Positions 38,386-51,358 of a stretch of 64,000 bases of DNA are shown here, in pieces. Source of the stretch: Felis catus (Eukaryota); contig NC_058368.1 in the NCBI RefSeq assembly GCF_018350175.1, forward strand, positions 133,364,001 through 133,428,000, read 5' to 3'. How positions within the stretch are numbered: position 1 is the stretch's first letter; each line of letters begins with the position of its first letter. Below the pieces are notes generated by a model. It was not told the DNA's origin. It saw only the letters and a list, made by a program, of their open reading frames with translations, and did no database searches. Position numbers and translations under genes: made by a program.

Positions 38386-40071
38386 TATTCATCAGCTTTT
38401 TAGATGGACGGCTGCAAGTAATTAAACTAAGCATGTACACTTTGGGCAGCTGTGACCCATATTAGTGATTGCCATTTTTTCTTCTAATCCTGTATCATCG
38501 TGATTTTAGTATTAGGTAAAGAAAAACAACTTTCTAGAGTGAAATGCAGAGCTTAGTGACTTAAAAAGCTGATTAGGAAGGTTTAAAGCTTCTTTTACAA
38601 AACCTTGGTCTTTCCCCATTGAGCCATGTGACTTGGGGGTCCTGTAGTCACTACAGTGTCAGTGATTCATACCATGCTATTGCAGATTTCCTGGTAAGTT
38701 GGACAGATTTATTAAATAACCTTCAGCTTCCCTTGGACACGGTGCCATCTGTGCATTTTTTTTTTTTAATGTAGACCACAGAGCTATGAAATGCGATTCT
38801 TGTCACTAGACCAAAGGTGGGGCCCTTGTTGTGCATCTGTTTAATTAAAATCACATGTTGATTATGTACAGTTAGATCATAACATGGTCAGGTTGGATTT
38901 CTTCCTATTGCTCTTAGGGGAATTTTTCCATGTGCTTAGAGGGATGAGTTAATAGATCAGGAAATTGGAGCAAAGGGCAAATTAAAGGGAAAAGGGAAAA
39001 ACCCTAAAAGTCACGGAGTGGTTTACTATACAAGAACGTATGACAGCAGGTCTATACAACAGCTAGAAGAGGGCCAAAACTTGATTCTGGATTTCGTAGC
39101 ATTATAGCAGCCTAGGCTAAGAAAGTGGAGCCTTCCTTGGTATTGAGCTCTGAAAAATTTTCCCGTAACATAGGAAGCCTTGAATGATGAGTGCACAAAA
39201 TCTTCAACAATGTGCATACAATATATGTTCCAGTTAACTAGAATTGCATCTAACATTGAGGGAAAATGGGAAAAACATGATTACATTAGGGTCCCAAACA
39301 ATGCTGTCATTGGTAGAGAAAACCTGCCTAGTGATATTCAGTGTTGTTAGTTTAAGTTGTCTCTGTGTGTTTTGACAATGGAATACAAGCTGAAGATTTC
39401 TTTTAGACATTAAGAAGCCTACTGGGGCATTGTATGTTTGCATGGATAACCGCCAACATGGGGGTGGTGGTGGCGGAGGGCAGGGGGTGATGCAAGAGAG
39501 GTCTGTGCTTCTTACCGGAATCCCTTTAGATAAAAACGTCCTTGGCATATAAACAAAAGCTCTCCCTTCCCTCAGATTCCGTCAGAAGTCTGGTCGAAAT
39601 TCTAGTTTTGACACTGATGGTTTTGGTACAGACTCAAAGGTGAAAGTGTGAAGAAACACATGTCCAGCAAGGTCCTTCATCTGATAGCTGTGTGTTCAAC
39701 CCTGTGGTGAGCCTGGCAGAGGTCAGATACATACCCACCTGTGGATCGGCCTCTTTGTAAGCCTGTTTTCTTTCCAATCCTAGCTGTCTACCTTCCTTCA
39801 AGTTGTGGCAAATTACTTAAAGCATTTCATATTTAACATTATGAACCGTTTCCACCTGGGCCCGTTCATATCCCCATTTATCTCAGCGAAAGAATTTCAG
39901 ATAATGCTTCAGTGTGTTTTACAGCATATGCAGCACCTGCTGTCTGCTGGTCTATCATTGGTTGCTTTGGGTATAACTCGATATTCCCTGTAACACTAGT
40001 AGATATTGTCAGGCCACTGAGAATGGTCTGCTCCCTTGTCCCTGCCTCCTGATGGTTACATTTGAACATAT

Positions 40072-40307
40072 TTTAAAGGTTATTTATTTTGAGAGAGAGT
40101 GTGTGCAAGTGAGTGGGGGAGGGACAGAGAGAGCGAGAGAGAGCGAGAGAGAGCGAGAGAGAGCGAGAGAGAGGAGAGAACCCCAAGCAGGCTCCATTCT
40201 GTTAGCATGGAGCCTGATGCAGGCCTAAATCCCATGAACTGTGAGACCATGTTCTGAGCCAAAATCAAGAGTCAGATGTTCAACCAACCGAGCCACCCAT
40301 TTGCCCC
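40072..40307 (-). mobile_element. Can-SINE with expanded (GAGAGAGAGC)n tract
   Basis: Antisense copy. Confidence 0.9.
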
Positions 40308-40435
40308 TGAATAGGAATATATTTTTATTTACTAACCCTTGAATTATTGTCTCAAGTATCATGGATAGAATGGCAAGCCTTTTCAGAATGGGGTGGAGAA
40401 ATGAACATCAATTTTTAACCTGCTAGGTATGATCT

Positions 40436-40496
40436 TTTAAAAAAAATGTTTAGTTTGAGAGAGAGACATTGCGTGCACATGTATGAGTATGGGAGG

Positions 40497-40542
<46 letters not shown>

Positions 40543-40666
40543 CAACCAGGTTCTGCACTGTTAGTGTGGAGCCCAATGTGGGGCTTGAACCCACTAACTG
40601 GGAGATCATGACCTGAAGCAAAACCAAGAGTCAGACATTGAAATGACTGAGCCACCCAGGCGCCCC
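40436..40666 (-). mobile_element. Can-SINE with (GA)n expansion
   Basis: Antisense copy ending gagccacccaggcgcccc. Confidence 0.92.
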
Positions 40667-40734
40667 ACAATGTGATGTTTACTGATGAGAAAGGACAGTT
40701 TGAGGATGGTAGCTATTCTCTCTGGCCATCATTT

Positions 40735-40862
40735 GAGTTTTGAGTAAAAGAATTCCCCAGCCCCACCCCATAGCAGTTAAATCCTTTCCTCTGGGGTGGA
40801 TCCTGGGTACCGCTTAAGTCCCCAGATGATTCTCAAGCACAGCCGGTTTTGAGAACCGCTGC
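40735..40862. mobile_element. MER5A-type fragment
   Basis: ccccagatgattctcaagcacagccggttttgagaaccgctg end. Confidence 0.65.
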
Positions 40863-41753
40863 TCAGAATGTAGTGATATCGAACCATAACTGGTTATACA
40901 GAGTTGATGGACCCTTAAAGTGATCATTTTTTTTTTCTACATCCTGCATCCTGTTTCCATGAATGTACATAGGAAAAAGATAACAGCTCTACACATTAAG
41001 TGAGAAACAGTAGTAATTTGAATTTTCTTATTTTGGCGGTTTGGGTAGGACATAGATTGACCTTTATCCCTGTTCCATCTTGAAAAAGAGACTTTGATAC
41101 AACATGAGCACTACCAACAAAGTTGTAGGGGGAGTTGAATATAGATGATAAAACAAATTTGTAAACACTTAGGAGCATATATTGAAATTCAAACTAAATA
41201 TGGAGTTATTTATATATTAAATCATTTCTGTGAAGGCTCTTTGAGATTATACCTGAAGACCTCATCAACGGGTTTTTAGCACAATATACATACAAATTTG
41301 GACTATTGGGGCTGTTGATTATTCCAGGATCTCTGTTTCTTCATTCGGCTCAGTTTACCTCTGTAGAGAGCATCAGAACTTAAAGGGGGAAAAAAACTGG
41401 TTCCAGAAAGTAATCTCTCTAAACCTCTGCTTCCTTTTAGATTACTAAGGTTGCTGACTCAGAGCCAGCATTACAGACAGAGTAACCTTGCTGGCCCTTA
41501 AAGGTGTTGCGTTCGGGAGCAAGAGAGAAGGTGTGTAGGGCTGTCATCCTCTTACTTAGTACTCTCAGACTGCTCTGCTTTGTTGTTCTGTATTTCTGTA
41601 GCTTTCTCCACCCCGCCCTCCCCCGCTTTAATTTGTTGCTTTTAATCTGCCATAGACTTGGAAGTCAAGGGATCAAATTAGATTTGCAGATCAAATAAGA
41701 GTAAATAGACGGTCAGTAAGGACCTAAGGACCTTTCTAAAGAATAAAATCTGG

Positions 41754-41964
41754 GGGGCGCCTGGGTGACTCAGTTGGTTAAGCGTCCGACTTCGGCTCAG
41801 GTCACGATCTCGCGGTCCCTGAGTTCGAGCCCCGAGTCGGGCTCTGTGCTGACAGCTCAGAGCCTGGAGCCTGCTTCGGATTCTGTGTCTCCCTCTCTCT
41901 CTGACCCTCCCCCGTTCATGCTCTGTCTTTCTCTGTCTCAAAAATAAATAAACATTAAAAAAAA
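41754..41964 (+). mobile_element. Can-SINE (CpG-rich, fairly young)
   Basis: Perfect TSD aaagaataaaatctg (41738-41752, 41965-41979). Confidence 0.96.
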
Positions 41965-42339
41965 AAAGAATAAAATCTGTGAATTGCAGGGAGTTGCATC
42001 TAGAAAGATGAGTTTGGTTAATTTCCACATGGTGTTGGGGTGGGGGTAAGGAGTATGTAAAGCATTGTAGTGGGGCCTTGGAATGAAAAACATTCTGGAA
42101 TTTGGAGTTGCCATGTTTTATATATACTTGTATCTATACATCTGAATCCTGTGTTTCAGCATGAAGTCTTCATGAGTGTGGGAGACCCAAGTTAGGAGAA
42201 TGAATATGAAGATTTATTTAATGACTTTTTCATGATAGGTATTGTTCTCCATGCTTCACATGTAGTAAATCCCCACCCCCATCATGTGTTCTAAAGTGTA
42301 ACTTCAGATATAAAGCCATTTGGTGATGGTTGGCAATAA

Positions 42340-42522
42340 GGAGCCAGACTAGTGACAAAGACTAGGAGAGGGTCCTAGAACAGATCCTTCCCTGGTGCTT
42401 CCAGAGGGAATGTGGCTCTGCCACGGCTTTGATCTCAGACTTGGAGCTGCCAGAACTGTGAGAGAATACATTTCTGTTGTTTAAGCCACTATTTTTGTAG
42501 CGCTTTGTTACATTGGCCTGAA
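42340..42522 (+). mobile_element. MaLR MLT1 LTR 3' part
   Basis: ttgatctcagactt...ccagaactgtgagagaatacatttctgttgtttaagccac...tttgttaca. Confidence 0.85.
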
Positions 42523-43299
42523 CAGTTTTTCCTGTATTTTTTTTTAATCTGTATTAGGAAACTAAGTGTGAAGTAGTTTTGAGTGTAAAGTAGTTTTAAA
42601 GTGTAAACAGTTTTTATCTGTATTAGGAAACTAAGTATAAAGTAGCTCTGCTGGAGTGACAGAGATGTTGGAGGCATTTTTTAAAAATCCCAATGATGCC
42701 ATTGATATCATTAGTACAAATGATGGTAGTATTACTGGGGGATGACAGTGGTTGTCCACTTACTAACATGTTGGTAAGTATAAAATGAAGTCTATTTTAC
42801 ATATATGTGTGTTTTACGTATATTTTAAATTTCTGTTTTAGGTGAATTTGAATTCGTTCCCTTAACCAATAATTGATATTAAATTTCCTTGCCTTCTCTT
42901 TAGATTTCCTGAATTAGTGATCATGAATGCTAATTCCTGGGGTTTGGCAATATACTTGAAAGCAACAGAATTTTGTTTGACAAGGTCTGTTTTTACCTCC
43001 AGGACCACATATATTTTGCTTTCTATCATACATATAATATTTGAAAAAACTTTTGAAGGACTGTGTACTAGTCTACACTGGATGTCTTTGATGTCCCATG
43101 TTCACTGAGGCTTACCTGTGCACATCACCTAGCACGCACCATTGGGGTTCAAGTACCTTCCTTTGAGAAGCCTGATTCTGGAGCTCTGGATTTCCATTTT
43201 CCCTTGTATGGGAAAAACCCTCCAGTTAATTTTTTTTTTTTTTTAAGGGAATTATGGCCCTGCCATTTCCGTAGTGGCTATTTCCATAGCAGCTGTTTT

Positions 43300-43526
43300 T
43301 TAATCTTTAAAACATTTTTCTTAAATGTTTATTTATTTTTGAGAGGCACAGTGGGAGGGGCAGAGAGAGTGGGAGACAAAGAATCCAAAGCAGGCTCCAG
43401 GTTCTGATCTGTGAGCACAGAGCCCGACTCATGAACTCTGTGAACACAGGCCTGGACTCATGAACTCTGAGATCGTGACCTGAGCCAAAGTCGGACCCTC
43501 AACCCACTGAGTTACCCAGGCGCCCC
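43300..43526 (-). mobile_element. Can-SINE with internal tandem duplication
   Basis: gactcatgaactctg occurs twice; head followed by poly-C tract. Confidence 0.9.
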
Positions 43527-45410
43527 CCTTCCCCCCCCCCCCCCCCCGACCCTCCCCTGCCTCCTAGCAGCCCTTTCTGACCTTTGCAGAAAGGTGAGAA
43601 TGCTTTCTGTTTAGGGACAGGCTCCTCTGTACTAGCATCTTTAACACATCACATTTTTGTGTTTGAAGGTAATTGAGGTACCAGGTACTTAATGGAGAAT
43701 ACAATTAGGAATTAACAGCCATTCATTGATGTAATGCTAGATCAGGAGCATAATAGTTACAGAGAATTTTTGAAGAATATGTAGTCAGTCTAGTTTTTGT
43801 AATTAAAACTCTTTTGTTTTTCTCATGCCTTATTTGCACATCATTTGCTCCAATTTACTATATGACCAATTGTATATTGGTCTGAGTTAGGTGTTTCCAA
43901 AGAGCCCTCGGACATCCTAGTGGATTTTGATGGTGAAAATGTTAAAATTTTAATAATCTAAATAATAATTAAAAAAAATTTCAAATATAGTTTCATGGAA
44001 TTGGAGGCTAGGTTATGTCCACCCCCCCCACCACCAACCAGGGTATCTACTTTATTAAAATTTATTAATATGTGAATGTCTAAATCTTGCAGTCTAAAAT
44101 TTGTTGCTGAATCTCTTTAGCTCACCAGACTGAGTTTCTGAAAACCTACTTTAGACCCTTGGAATTGGTTGTTTTTAATAGTCCTTTGGTTGGAAGCTGT
44201 CAGCTTATACCCAGACACACTCTTGAGAAAAGTCCCTTGAAACTCCTACTGACAGTAAGGATTGTGTTGCACAGTGGCCTCATTATGAGGACACAAGGGA
44301 GCAATTTCTCCCTGGTCTGGGTCCTGAGAGTTGTGTTGCTTTAGAGTCACCAGTTTGTTTGTTTTTTATGAACGTTGCTTTTCATGTAACTGATCTGTTG
44401 CTTCCTCGTGTTGCCTAGGAACATTGTAAAAAAGCCTAATTTGTGGCCTTGCTATCTGTAGTGCGTAGAACCTCAAATCCTAGGGTGTTGTGTTTCGATT
44501 TTTTGAAAATTAAACTCAGTCTTGGCCTCATTATTTTTAAATAAAAAAAAATCCTTATCTCTTTTCCCTTGAACTGATTTTTTTTTTTTCTTGGAGAAAA
44601 ATGTACACACGTTGTGAACTGCCTTAAAGTGCTTTTTAGGATCTACATAACCAGGGACAAAATGGTCCTAGGAAGCGCGCAGCGACTGGAAGCACATTCA
44701 TTGTATTCTTCTCAGCAGTGATTAACAGATGAACAATATTTGATGGAAGCTGTTTGTCCCTCTCTTGTACCCCCTCCCCATAGGCGAGAGTGCATCCGGG
44801 CCGGGCCCAGGGGATGGCCTGAGCAATGGACCTAGACTCTCACCTGTTATCCAGTTAGCCCAACCAAGTCCATGCTTCCGAAACCCAGCCTGAGCCTGTC
44901 TGCTTCCCTATCCTAGACGGTGCTCTTCAGTGCTCCCTGTCAGTGGCCCTGCCCCCAGCAGTGGTCCACATATCGAGGGACGTGCTGAAAATCCCAGCCT
45001 ACCACCAAGATGCAATCGCTGCCAGCCCAGTGTTGTCTTAGAACATCGTGGGGTCTAGGTTCATGAGTGAGAGGTCTGTAGGTTCTTACTCTTAGACATC
45101 AGTCCTTTTAGGCTGGATTATGCTGTAGATAGAAGCACCACCTGGTCTTCCCAGCTTAAAGCACCATAGGCCCGTTGCAGGGCCATGGGGACAGCCTGAG
45201 TAGCCTCTGTTTCCAGGCTTGCTTGTGATGGTTTCCAAGAGGAACAGAGCTCAGGCGGTTTCCATGGGCAGTTAAATGTGCTGATCTGCAAAATGATACA
45301 TGCCACTTCTCATATTTTCTTTGCTAGAACTTGTTAGCTGGCCTACAACCAGGAAGTGGAGTGCTGTTAATAAGTGCCTGGAAGAGGAGAAAACTGGAAA
45401 TGTATGGTCA

Positions 45411-45497
45411 ATCGCGTTAATGACGATCACGCTAAGTACAATCACATTAATGACTATCATGCTAAGTACAGTCACATCAATGACTGTCACGCTAAGT
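45411..45497. repeat. 30-bp minisatellite x3 (alternating 15-mers)
   Basis: atcgcgttaatgacgatcacgctaagtaca / atcacattaatgactatcatgctaagtaca / gtcacatcaatgactgtcacgctaagt. Confidence 0.92.
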
Positions 45498-45780
45498 TGT
45501 GAAATTAGTATGATGTTTTGTTGTTTATATTCCTCTTCCTACCTTTGCTCCCCCCCCCGCAACCCGGCGGGGGGAACCAAATCACTTTTCTAGAATATGT
45601 GCTTCACCAAAACAAGGTAAGAAATCAGTAAAGGGATGTGAACTGGAACCAGGTGTGCAGTACTGCAAGTGTATAACAAACGAACTGTCTACTGGTTGAG
45701 GATGGGTGTTAGATGGGAAATTCAACTGGTTGAAGCCCATGTGAAACCAGACCTTGGGAAAAGGGAACTTGGTCCATAAG

Positions 45781-45935
45781 AAGGGGGTTCTTAACCCAGA
45801 GTCTGGGGAGATGTCTGTAAACTCCCTGAAGTAACCAAAGGACAATGTGTGCCTATGGTGAAAGGAGTCAAGGCTTTCATCAAGTGTTCAAGGGCATATA
45901 GGACCATACCTCAGACATAAGGTTAAAAATCACTG
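45781..45935. mobile_element. hAT/Charlie-type MITE fossil
   Basis: ggggttcttaacc...gctttcatcaagtgttcaaggg...aaggttaaaaatcactg; reverse orientation of the ~15824 family. Confidence 0.5.
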
Positions 45936-46399
45936 CTGTAAGATAAATACAGACCTTAAGTCAGACCAAGCCCTGTGGACTTGTGATGCTAAGCCCAGGC
46001 AGGAATTCTTCCCAGGTGACCCCTCTTGCTCTCATTTGGAATGGACACAGGTGAATTTCATAGGCATGGTTATTATAACAGTGCCCAGTACAGGCTGATG
46101 GACTATTCCACCAAAGATAATTCAGGGAAAGCAAGTCCGTGAGGGCCTGGAATGGTACTGTTTGATGTACCAGCGGTGGCTCTTTGGATGCTAGGTTATG
46201 AGCCAAAACTGCTTCTCTGTTGATCTGGCCTAATCTAGATGCAGAACAGCAGAGAAAAGTTGTGTTTTATATCCTTGAGGTTAGGATCCCTGAACCTCGT
46301 TTTTTCTCACCCAGCTTTTGAGAAGTATTTGGTGGTAAGAGTATTGAGATTGTAATTGATGACAGCTGGGGTACTGATTTTCTGTGTTGTATTTTTATT

Positions 46400-46638
46400 T
46401 TTATTTATTTTTATTTATTAAAAAAAATTTTTTTTCAACGTTTATTTATTTTTGGGACAGAGAGAGACAGAGCATGAACAGGGGAGGGGCAGAGAGAGAC
46501 CGAGACACAGAATCAGAAACAGGCTCCAGGCTCCGAGCCATCAGCCCAGAGCCCGATGCGGGGCTCGAACTCACGGACTGCGAGATCGTGACCTGGCTGA
46601 AGACGGACGCTTAACCGACTGCGCCACCCAGGCGCCCC
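46400..46638 (-). mobile_element. Young felid Can-SINE (SINEC_Fc type)
   Basis: Perfect 17-bp TSD tgtgttgtatttttatt; CpGs largely intact. Confidence 0.96.
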
Positions 46639-46929
46639 TGTGTTGTATTTTTATTAAGACACGTAGGGTCAGGAAAATACTAAGCAGAAGGCTGTGCCGC
46701 CTTGATGTGGAGGTAGCTGAAAGTGTGTCTGGGGAGACACCCCCAAGATTGTTGTTAGAATTCTCACCTAGAGGTGGTAGTGCTCTGGGAATCCTGATGG
46801 CCTTCTAGATTTTGTGTACAGGTATATACTTGAAAAACAAAACAAGACGTGTCTCAGAGTAGACTTACAAATTAGTGGTTTTTCTACTTAATAAATTTTA
46901 AGCTTTTTCATGTTAGAACTACTCTACTT

Positions 46930-47570
46930 CTGTTTTAAGTGATTTCCCATTGTATGAATATATTATAATGAATTTCTTTTTGGATACGTGGATTGTTTTC
47001 ACTTACTAAAAAAATTATGATTGCACACCATGCTGTGATCATACTGTGACATAAATCGTGGCTCAAATGTATGATCTTCCTCTCAGGACAAATTCCAAGA
47101 AGTTGCATTGCTGACATAAAGAGTAGATACATTTTGGAGATGTCGGATATGTATGCCATATTGACCTTGAGAAAAGCAATATAATGTTTGAGTATTTTTC
47201 TCATATTTTTCTTTTTTGTAATGGTATTATCTTTGTTTAGAATTTGTTAACTTCATAGATGAAAGTATTATCCCATTGTTTGAATTTGAAATTTTTTAAT
47301 ACTAGTGAGGTTGAAAGTTGTGTGTGTGGGCAGATGATTAGTTTTTTTCTCTAACTTGATTATTTATGTCTCTTGACATTTTAATAGGGTCTTTTTCTTA
47401 CTGGTTTGTAGGAATTGCATATATGATTACAACAAGGGTCGTTTCCTGTCAGTTTTAGTGACATTAATACATTAATGGGATATATTAACAATTTTAATGT
47501 ATTTTGAAAATATTTTTCTTATTTTAAAACTTTATTACATATCTACACCTTTTCTTCTGTTTTCGTCAAA
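46930..47570 (-). mobile_element. Ancient L1M fragment
   Basis: cccattgtatgaatatattataat...aggacaaattccaagaagttgcattgctg...actagtgaggttgaa. Confidence 0.65.
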
Positions 47571-47607
47571 TTTTTAGGGATTTTTGTTTCTATATCAAGG
47601 ACTTGAA

Positions 47608-47780
47608 GGGGCACCTGGGTGGCTCAGTCGGTTAAGCGTCCAACGTCAGCTCAGGTCATGGTCTCACCCTTATTGGCCTTACTGCTGTCAGCACAGAGCC
47701 CGCTTCTGATCCTCTCTTCTCCTCTCTCTCTCTGCCCCTCCCCACCTCTAAACAAACAAACAAACAAACAAACATTAACA
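47608..47780 (+). mobile_element. Can-SINE, B-box region deleted, (AAAC)n tail
   Basis: TSD aa(g/a)gacttgaa. Confidence 0.88.
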
Positions 47781-49569
47781 GCCCCTTCCCCCCCAAAAAG
47801 ACTTGAAATTAGCTCCCTAATTAGTTTTATGAATTTTCATGTTGTCCTTACTGTTAAACTGTATGGAAGCTCCTACTCAGGGATTCTTTAACCTTCTCTG
47901 TGTCATGAGCTGCACTGGCAGTCTGGAGAGATGAGTGGGGTTCCAAGGAAGGGGTGGTGGCTGCGATTCACTTAGGCAAATGGGAATGTATGACCTGAAG
48001 AGAATTAACAACAACAACAAAAAGTTACTAAAGCTGACAAAAAGTCTGTCTCCTTTTTATTGTCACCATGTGCTGCCATTTTTGAGCAAGTCAGAGAATG
48101 AATGCTTTTCCCTACCAGGGTGGATCTCTTCTACCTCTTACCCTTTCATTATATCACTAGGATGTGGACCATTGCAAAACTTGAAATGTATAAAACAAAA
48201 GAATTACAAAGTAAACCAATTATATTGAGATACAGATGTCAAAATAGTAAAAAAGTATAATATAGGAAAAGATTTGCTTTATTAAAGCATTGACAAGTTT
48301 TAGCAGTGTGTTTAATAATTGTAATTTCAAGGTACTGAGGAAAGTAAATGAGATTTCAAGATTTCAAGATACCAAATTATAATGAAATCTGAATATTTCT
48401 GTTGGTGACAAAATCCCAGGCATTGAAACTCGTACTATAGTTTGTAGTCCACCTTGATAGTAGAAAAGCTACATGTCAGAGGTTGATTGGGGGGGGCGGG
48501 GGGAGGAGAAAAAAGGTGGAGTTTTATCATCCAAGTTCATGGCTCCCTGAATTCTATATTGGGGTAGCTTGGGGGTCTACATCCTAAAAGTCCCTTTTCT
48601 GAATGGGATGCTTAGTGTAGCTTTCATTATAAGGAGTATTTGTCAGCCACATGATACAGTGAAATAAGATCAAGAGTTGGGCTGAATGGTCTGTATTTTT
48701 GGTTAGAGAAGATAAAAAAATCAAAGTTGCCAAGCGAGGTAGAAAGAGATAAGAGATACTCTGTGAGGCTGGGATTCAATCTGCCCATGCCCAGTGAGTA
48801 GTGTCCTGCATACTGTGCATTATGCTAGCCAGTGCAGGGAGCAGGAAGCAAGGCACAGGGCCTATATCAAAGAGAAGTTAGTATGGTGGGAGGAGGTGAC
48901 ATTAAAGCAGAGACCTGAAGGGATGAGGAAGAGCCAGCCATGTAAAGAATGGGAGACAAGTTCGGTGAAGAGTTTGTAGGCGCTGAGAACCAAATGGGCT
49001 GAGATTATAAGGTAGAGGGAAGACATTGGCACATTTGAGGGTGGGCAGAAGGTCATTGTGGTTTAACCTTGGGGGGGAGGGGCGGGCAGGGAGGAGGAGA
49101 ATTCAATGGAAGAGAATTGGAGAGGAGGCAGGGCTGATCCCAGAGGACCTTATGGACCTTGAGAGGATCTTTAAATTATGGAAGAAGGCCCTGGTGCATT
49201 TCACACTTGAGGGTCATGTGTTCAAATTGGTCTTGAAAAGGACCACTGTGGATTCTGGGTGATGAATTGTGTGGATGGGGGTATGAAGCTAGGAGGTCAC
49301 TGAGGAGGCCATTGAGGTGCCTAAGTGGAAGGGAGTAACACAGGAGATGCAGAAGACGGAACTCAGAGTAGAAAAAGAGGACTTACACTAACAAGACTGA
49401 GTAGCGTGTGTGAGGCAGAGGCAAAAATCAAGGATGATAATTGGTTTTCACTTGGAGCCATTGGGTGTCCTTTACGGAGATGGTGAAGAGGAACACTTTT
49501 GGGGGGAGCAGTAGTTCTTTAAGGTTCTGCTTTGTACATATTTAGGGCACTTGTTAGAAATCCAAGCAC

Positions 49570-49758
49570 GGGGGCCCCAGGGTGGCTCATTCAGTTGAGT
49601 GTCCAACTCTTGATTTCAGCTTGGGTCATGATCTCGTGGTTCATGACTTTGAGCCCTGCTTCAGGACTCATGCTGACATGGAGGAGCCTGCTTGGGATTT
49701 TCTCTCCTTGTCTCTATCTCTGTCTCTGTCTCTGTGTTTCTCTCTCAAAAAAAAAAAA
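49570..49758 (+). mobile_element. Can-SINE
   Basis: gggtggctcattcagttgagtgtccaactcttgatttcagc head. Confidence 0.88.
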
Positions 49759-49891
49759 TTCAAGAACCAAAATTCATAGATAATTGGGGACTTGAGTCTA
49801 GTGCTCAGGGGGAAAATTTCTGACTGGAGATAGAAATTTGTAGTCACTAGCATATAAATAGTGCTGAATGGCATAAGAATAGATATGTTTT

Positions 49892-50088
49892 GGGGCACCT
49901 GGGTGTCCCTGTCCTATGAGCTTCTGACTCTTGATTTTGGCTCAGATCATGACCAGGGTCTTGGGATCAAGGCCTGCATTGGGCTCTGTATTGAGTGAGG
50001 AGCCAGCTTAAGATCCTCTGTCTCCCTCTGCCCCTTTCCCTTGCTCATTTTCTCGTTCTTTCAAAAAAATAAAAATAAAAAAAATAAA
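49892..50088 (+). mobile_element. Can-SINE (older)
   Basis: ggggcacctgggtg head, A tail; degenerate TSD aagaa..gata..ttt. Confidence 0.85.
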
Positions 50089-50424
50089 AGAAAAAGATAC
50101 TTTGCTAGATAGAAAGCATAGAGGTGACAAGTGGTCCTGGTTTGAATCCAAGGACCTCCAGGAGGTACATGTTTGAGAGAAAGGAAGAGGGAGCAGAGAG
50201 ATAAGGAAAACCTGGAGAAGATGATGTCTTAGGAGCCAGAGGAGGGTAGTGTTTCAAGGAGGGAATGGTCCATGGGGACTCCTACTGAGAGGCAGCTCAT
50301 GTTAAAACTGGGAGGAAAAAAAAAGAGTTTGGGGTGTGAGGCAAGGGAAGGTAGAAGAAACATACATCTTGTTTTGTAGCTTTGACTTGGGAATGAGCTA
50401 AATGTTTTACATAAATGCAAACCT

Positions 50425-51358
50425 AAGTTAAAATTTAAAAATGATTGTGCCTGTAGTTAATAACGTATTATGCATCTAAAAAGTTAAAAGGGTAAAAACT
50501 CATGTGTTCTTAACGCAGTAAACAACAAAAACCCTTAAAGATAGAAAAAGTAATTATGTATCCTGCCTTTACAATTGAATTGGACCTCAGGATACCAAAT
50601 GATTGATATTTTACTTTGTAAAAATATTTTAGCCTTTGAATGCCGAAGAATTGCCAGATATAGAATGTGACCATTTTGCATACACTAATAAATTAAAGGA
50701 TTCAGTAATTATAAATAGCTACTAACGTCACAGAGGCAGTCAGACGTTATGTACTTCTTGATGGAAGTTGATGACACCACCTAGGAGGTATTCTAGCACA
50801 AAGGAAAAAGAAAATAAAACCTTGATTCTTTTCAGCTCTGGATCTGCCATTTTATAAGAAGTACAGGGGAGAGAGGGACCTGTTAAATGACACCAGAGCA
50901 GTGCAGTCAGCAAAATCTAAACCATGGGAAACTGTATACAGGATGAATGATACTGTTTCTTCAATAAATTGCAATAAATTACAACATGGAGTAGTGAACT
51001 AAAAATTGAAGAAATATTTAAAAATGTATCAATCATTTGCAGTGTATCAATGTTATTTGCATCTTTTTCATATGAACTAAACTTTTTATGAAAACTGGGG
51101 AAATTGAGCATCCAATAGAAAGTTATTAAACAGTTGCTGTTCATTTTTTTAGATATGATGACATTGTAGTTAGGTTGAAAAAATTACCTTTTAGAGAGAG
51201 ATACAGAAATTTTCATGGATGTAATGAAATGAAGCCTGGGAAGGTGGGAAGTCATCAGGGACAGAGGAAACTTGAATGACCATGAATTGATAATGGCAGC
51301 TGGATCACTGTCTTTTCTATTTTTGTCTAGATTTGGAATTTTCCATTTCTTTAAAAAA
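50425..51358 (+). mobile_element. Ancient L1M (L1MC-like) 3' fragments
   Basis: cagtcagcaaaatctaaaccatgggaaact...gaccatgaattgataat...tttggaattttccat. Confidence 0.65.

Larger units (their letters stand above)
48790..50320 (-). mobile_element. LINE-2 fragment with two nested SINEs
   Basis: gaggaggtgacattaaagcagagacctgaagg, aaaatcaaggatga, ggagatagaaatttgtagtca motifs. Confidence 0.8.

Noticed and set aside
38805..38825. CTCF-like motif (also ~46765 and ~63758)
   Set aside because: Several mismatches in the core CCASYAGRKGGC; not supportable by eye.
45411..45497. CRISPR-like array, or a repeat protein (MTITLSTITL...)
   Set aside because: Head-to-tail units with no unique spacers, no cas genes, mammalian context. 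The peptide periodicity simply reflects the DNA repeat.
45553..45574. GC hairpin CCCCCCGC-aacccg-GCGGGGGG resembling a terminator
   Set aside because: An 8-bp low-complexity stem with no U tract; intrinsic terminators do not apply to a mammalian intron.
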